Of a stretch of DNA of 64,000 nucleotides, positions 58,142 through 64,000 are shown in pieces. Source of the stretch: Tubulanus polymorphus (lineage: Eukaryota; Animalia; Nemertea); NCBI RefSeq assembly GCF_964204645.1, contig NC_134030.1, forward strand, positions 6,614,778 through 6,678,777, read 5' to 3'. Each line of letters begins with the position of its first letter. Within the stretch, counting starts at the first letter, position 1. The notes under the pieces are model-generated. The model did not search any database and was not told the origin of the DNA. It saw nothing but the letters and a program-made list of their open reading frames with translations. The translations under genes were made by a program, and so were the position numbers.

Positions 58142-60864
58142 TTATAATGTTCCTACACCGTGAATCTGATCGATGGCTGCTTCACTAAGAAACATACGAT
58201 GATTTATCAGTAAAAACAACAAAAAAATGAGGATCTTGATTTGATATAAGATATTACCACGCAGATATATGGAGGGGACGAATTGACATTTGTATGCGCT
58301 TAAACTAATTGAGATACGATCTCAAGCTTTGAACAGCGATTTACGGAATAGGTGTGCCATGGTATTATCTTTAAACATAGAATTTTCAGTTTCACAGGCA
58401 TTATTGTTTAAATATCCGTTTAACCATTTTAACATTGCGCGGACCCTCCGAAAAGTTATTTTTTTTATTTTTGTTTATCGTTTCGCAACCTGTGGCGCTA
58501 CTGGTACTTCGATGTTATCATCGACATCCTCTGATGACGCATTCCAGAATTCCGCAGCTATCAAAAAAGGAGATTTAAATCTCAGAAATAAAACCCAGAA
58601 GAAAGCTTAGATTTTACACAGTAGATATACTCGATCGTTACTCACGTGGTTTCGCTGCCTCGTTGAAGCTGATACACTCCAATTTCGTGAACTCCTTCAC
58701 GTTTCGGTACATTTCTTCTTTCCATTTTTCTGTTAGTTCATCGAAGAATAAAGAATCAGCAAAAACCGAGTGCAACGTATAGGATCAGATAGAAACGAAA
58801 TAACAGTGGCAGTACGTACGACAGAGTTCCTTCATCGTGCCAGCAGTTCCTCCGTATTCTTCGGGCAGAGCTGATTTCGGGAGAACTTTGTGAAGTCGAT
58901 CAAAATCATGACCGTGGCTGACAACCTGTTCAATCGAAAACAACCACATTAAAAAAACTGGGTTTTATCGATCTGATACATTTATTTCCATTAAATCATC
59001 GTTTTCTGAATATACAGAACAACATAATTCGATTTGATTGATTTTTCTCACCATTTTTCTATTACTTTCTGACATGAAATATCGAATAACGTCGAACAAT
59101 CGATCCATTATCGTTGGTAGTTTCCAATAGTTCGAGCCTTGGAAGATCATCGGATATACATCCTGTAGATAAATTACATTCGCTCAATACTGCACGGACG
59201 TAAAGCCAAACAAAAAAAAACAACAACAATGAACCCGCGAAGGATATAATATGGGTTTTATGGGGGTAACCCAGCAGCTACTCTTCCGGTGGGTGTTGTG
59301 GCTAATTCAACAGTGATTATCTTAGTAGAATGACCACGCTCAAACATGGAGTATAGATGATATAATAAAAACACACTATCATGTACACAGATTCAAACGT
59401 TTTAAAACCAAGAATTGATTTATCAAAAATGTTTAAAATGACACGACGTTTCAACTCTCACTAAACAGATACCCGACGATGATCTCTAGTCAGAGTTCGA
59501 AACGTCGTGTCAGTTTGAAATTTTGAATTGAACAAATTCTTAGTTTTAAAATCTTTCAATCTGTACATAGTGGGTTTTTATCATATCAGTAACGATATCT
59601 ACTTATTGTATGGATCATCATTACCTGCCATGCGCGAACAAACTTTTTCAAATTGGTTGGCGTCCAGTATGCCACGTGGGAGAGAGTCCAGTGTGAGCAG
59701 TCCAGTAGATATATGAATCCGTTTACTTGGTTTTTTTCATCCATTAACATTATGTCGACACACATGTACGCCGCCCTCATTACGTCATCCATAGAAACAA
59801 CGCGTGGATCGTAGTTCCCTAGAATTTAAAAAAAGAACACACTCATGGATTGAAATATTCTATGAAGCAGGCACATTCTCTGGATATAATTTGAGAAGTC
59901 GTCAAGTAATTTTTGAAACAGAAAAATATTGTTTTTCCTAAGCCCTCGTGATATATACATGTGTAAGACAATTTTTCAACGTAATTCGTGAGTTAATTTA
60001 TGTTCAATGTAAAAACATTATCACGTCGCGAGCTTGTGAAATATCCGCGACACATTCATAAATCAGGTTCCACACGAAACGGATGTATTAAGCGTAAATA
60101 AATGACGTCACACATACCAGTACAGACGACGATTTTTCGACCTTCACTGTCTCGTTCTGGTAATGGGACGAAAAATCTGAATAGACAAAATAAATCAACA
60201 ACTTTCGATAGCTAATTGTTCAAGTCTTTGTATTCCATTGTCGAAAAGACAAACTGAAAGAAAATTATTTTTGAATTTCTACCGGGAATGGCGTATGGCC
60301 ATTTTTCCCCGCATCCCTCTCTGGAACTTACGCCGTGTCTATCAATTCAATTATTACTGGGTCGTCCATATCCTGGCGTTGGAACCATTTCGGTACCCCG
60401 TGTTTGGGGCTCGTCCTCACGGTACAGTAAGCTTCCAATAATTTCTGCGCCCTCAGCATCGAAAACTTGGAACATCGAAGGAAACGCAAGAGAAAGTTAT
60501 CATCTGAGGAAAACAAAAGGCACATTTATTATATAAATTAACATGCTGCTAACATACTGGAGCGGTGTGGCCGAGCGGTTAGAGCGTTCGACTCTGGGAA
60601 GCCAGGTCGTGGGTTTGAACCCCGTACAGTGTCCTCGGGCAAGATACTTACCCTCATTGCCTCTCTCCACCCAGGAGTAAATAGGTACCTGGCCTGATAG
60701 ATGACTCCTGAGCGTTTGTTAGCAGCTCGGTGTTACTTCTCCCCAGGGAGAGATGACTGATACATGTTAGATTATAAAATTGGCCGGGGTATCGAAATCG
60801 ATAATATCGAAAAATGTAAAGCGCTCTGAGCAGCCTGGCTGGATTTAGCGTTATATAAGACATA

Positions 60865-60939
<75 letters not shown>

Positions 60940-62526
60940 TGTTTAAATATTGCCTGAATCGTTTTTTTTTTCTTCATATAAGTACGCGTAAAGTATATTT
61001 ATTTGTACAAGTACGTGTATTTTTTTCGAAGTTAAATAAAATGTGTTTTCTTGGTTCGAAAACGGACTCCATAACCCGGATACCCATTCAGGAATAAGTA
61101 CAAAATAACAGATTCAAATCCATACAAATACATTCATTAACAAAATATTTTTAGAACAGACTATTTTCAGCAGACTATAATGGCAAATTCTATTTATAGA
61201 TATTGTTTCATTCAGATAGAAGATTCATACCGTCAAATTTTAAATACGTAGGATTTATTCTTTTGTATATAGGAATGTATTTTATATGTTGAACTTTGAT
61301 GAACGGAAATGATATTTCCTTATATCAAAGACAATGTGACCGATAATTTATGGACCTGGTAGCCTTAGTTTAACCCCTGCTAACAATCTGACGCCTGGGG
61401 AAATCATTTGAACGTCTACTAATTGTAAGACTAATGGATCAGGATTCTAAAATCCCCCTCCCACCTTCCTCTTTCGATCCAATTAGCGCCTATGTAACGC
61501 CGTGGATTCTGAAACATTCTAGAGTCCATGGTAACACGAAACACCACTAGAGAGTGTATCATTCCTGTTTCAACCAAGGTGACGTCAAATTACCTTAGTC
61601 CAAGGTAGGGAGTGGCAATATTTAAATGCTCGTAGGTATATTAGTCCCGCGTATACACCTTAGAACTACGTATATATAATGATCATAAGTTCTGAAAGGT
61701 CATATATCAGTATTCATCATGCTTTTCTATTCTTAGATATCATCTCACAGAAAGACAATAAATGGGAAGATAAAGAGGTTATAGGCCTTATAAGAACAAT
61801 CTTTCTGAGCTACAAATGCACTCGATGTTGTGTTGGCGTGGCAGGTGCAATCAATGATTATTTTAGGATTTCCGAAAACTTCGAAAAAGAATGTTTTCAA
61901 AGTCATTGTTGTGACGGATAACAGATAATATACATATCTGCGTACATACTACATAAGTTCTTCGGGTTTGTTCGTGTTTATAAAATTGTTAAGCGTATTG
62001 TTTTCGTACAGACCTCAAATATAAAAACTTCGATTACAATCGCCACTATTGTATGCGGTGTTTCTATTTAGTTATTTTGTAAATCCAATAAAAGTCTAAT
62101 TTCTAGTCTAATTGATTGTTAACAAGAAAATACATGTAAACGATAAGATACGACATTCGTGTACCCTTTACAAAATGTTTCTTTTTTCAATCATTCTTCT
62201 TTACTAAAATTCTGTAAATGGTGTTTTCGAGAAAATAATCTCCAAATTATCAATACAAAATATAAAACACTAATAGAGACTAGTCTTAATATGTATATAA
62301 TATCGTTCAGCTTTCAATGCTCGCAAAATTGGTTTATGCCGCCAAATGTCAGAAAATGTCGATTAACGTTACCTGTCGGTGCTGTAATGTACTGGTGTTC
62401 CTCGACCCATTCCCGAAACGATTCTAAGGCGTCATCTTTTTCATCTGGATCTTCGTTCAATTCGACCATCGCTTTTTTAGCGCTAGCCTCATCTAGGCTG
62501 TAGTCATATTCCGAGTAAGTTGCCAT
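58142..62526 (-). CDS. CRAL-TRIO / alpha-tocopherol transfer protein-like (clavesin-like); multi-exon, 3' end uncertain
   Basis: AMVELNEDP..ALESFREWV, DDNFLLRFLRCSKF, QVNGFIYLLD, WQDVYP and LPKSALPEEYGG. I could not resolve the phase of the last exon. Confidence 0.85.
59374..59572. mobile_element. Second Penelope-like fold-back element with a degenerate hammerhead (59468-59511), inside a CRAL-TRIO intron
   Basis: GATAC-CCGACGA-T-GATCTCT(AGTC)AGAGTTC-GAAACGTC-GTGTC. An inverted partial copy lies at 59440-59460, with AT-rich inverted arms. Confidence 0.7.
60559..60938 (+). mobile_element. tRNA-derived CORE-type SINE with an L2-like 3' end and (TTA)n tail
   Basis: A box TGGCCGAGCGG (60568), B box GGTTTGAACCC (60612), CORE-like GTGTCCTCGGGCAAGATACTTACCC..., 3' end TGTAAAGCGCTCTGAG...TATATAAG and a (TTA)n tail. 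Confidence 0.85.
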
Positions 62527-64000
62527 CAGGAGACCGAGAGATTTCTTTTTGCTATTTTGGTGTAAAGTTTTGGTTATCTTTATGTATAAATGAATCGCAG
62601 CTAGATGACCAGCCAACTTCAAAACCTGTATTTTCTGATTTTACGGCAGCTTTTCGAATCGGTTGCAAGAAATTGTTCAACTGTGAACTGTATTTTTCAA
62701 ACTGATATTACGATTAAACAGAACCCGTTTAAATAACAAGCTTCAAAGAATGTCTTTCACTTTATGACATTCATTGACACGAGTTTTTGATTTGTGAGAG
62801 TTAGCATATGATACGACTGAAAAAACCTATTCATAAAACAGCTAAATCGTAACTTCGTCGATTATTCGGGTTTGCTTTGCGTGCCAAGTCAGTTACAATA
62901 CCGACCAAGATTGTAAATTCGCTAGTCTTTTATAGTTTATGTTTATTATGTCGAGGGTACCGGTACATAAAAAAAACCTTTTCTAAGATCCAAGGACAGG
63001 AATGTTTTCTCCGGAAAGCTGTACTTAAGTACCAACCTGGCCGTTTCTGAGAAAGCATAATTTCATTGTACAAAATGGTCCATCGTTTAAACAAGAAAAT
63101 ATTTCTTGGCAGAGTTTTTTTTCTGTCATGTGTTTTCTTAAACATGCTATGACTGTATCTATGTACACACGCCTTTATAATTAAACTTTCACAGTTTAAA
63201 CATTGTATTTTTCATTCAATTTAGAAATATGAGCGCGTGAGCAAAATCTACAGTTGCAGCATTTATGAAAAATTGCTTTGTTTATTGTCGAGTGATTTAC
63301 GATGTATGCAATTAAGTATATACGTTATATGAATAACTCAGAATCTTTCGTCGAATTTTGAAGGGCTTCTGTGAATGTCTGTCACAAGATGACGCACATG
63401 TAAAAATTGGATTTGAAAGAAATATGTATACGGAGACGCAAAAAGCAACGTATCGCATCTTGGAGTTGCAAAGTCAACTTAATTATGAATTGTGTCTTCA
63501 ATATCAATAATTGATTAGATAAAATCATTCCACCCTCGATTCGTAACTTCGATAATTATTTTGATCTAGGCTATGAATTTCATATTGGTTTCAGTTTGTA
63601 GAGGAATCAACAAGCGATATAGTTGTCCAAAATACGGGTGTTGTCACAGCACAAGGTGACCTTAAACGACTCGTGATGTGAATAAGTAAAGTTTTTGAAA
63701 AATTGTATGCGTTGTATTCTTACGATGTCAACCTTTCTGTTCCTTTAGTAGATTTCGATTCATAACCGCACAATCAATCGTGCGGTACGTTTACGTTCTT
63801 GGTAATTCAACGTCAATTCTAAGAAGGCATTGTGTATTCTGGGAAAAGGCCAGCTGAGGTCCTGAGAAAAATTTCTCCCTCGACTTGTTTTGCACGCGTG
63901 TCACTTTCGTTTCAATTTCAAGCAGTATCATAGGCGGCTATACATTTGACAAACAAGTGCGTGATACATATATCAATTATGTTATTTCTATGTCTTCAGT

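Noticed and set aside
60559-60625. tRNA gene
   Set aside because: It does not form a proper cloverleaf and continues into a SINE body and tail.

Overview
AT-rich, gene-dense eukaryotic (invertebrate animal) DNA with short GT-AG introns, so the ORF track shows mostly exon fragments. Eleven protein-coding genes can be assembled by hand: a C2H2 zinc-finger gene (+), an acdh-6/AtuD-like acyl-CoA dehydrogenase (-), CCDC13 (+), SMC2 (-), SEM1/DSS1 (+, absent from the ORF track), a 2xMYND-DUF4470 gene (-), nicastrin (+), SNAPC2-like (-), ACADL (-), an orphan class A GPCR (+) and a CRAL-TRIO/alpha-TTP-like gene (-). Mobile DNA includes several MITE families, a tRNA-headed CORE-type SINE, a 5'-truncated LINE inside a near-perfect 2,101-bp tandem duplication, and two fold-back elements carrying Penelope-type minimal hammerhead ribozyme motifs. 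The most interesting observation is a ~43-bp inverted-repeat pair 5.6 kb apart, with an imperfect 9-bp flanking duplication, that brackets the whole MYND-DUF4470 gene and suggests a gene-carrying (Pack-type) DNA transposon. The hammerhead fold-backs rank next. All family assignments come from motif recognition; no database searches were run.
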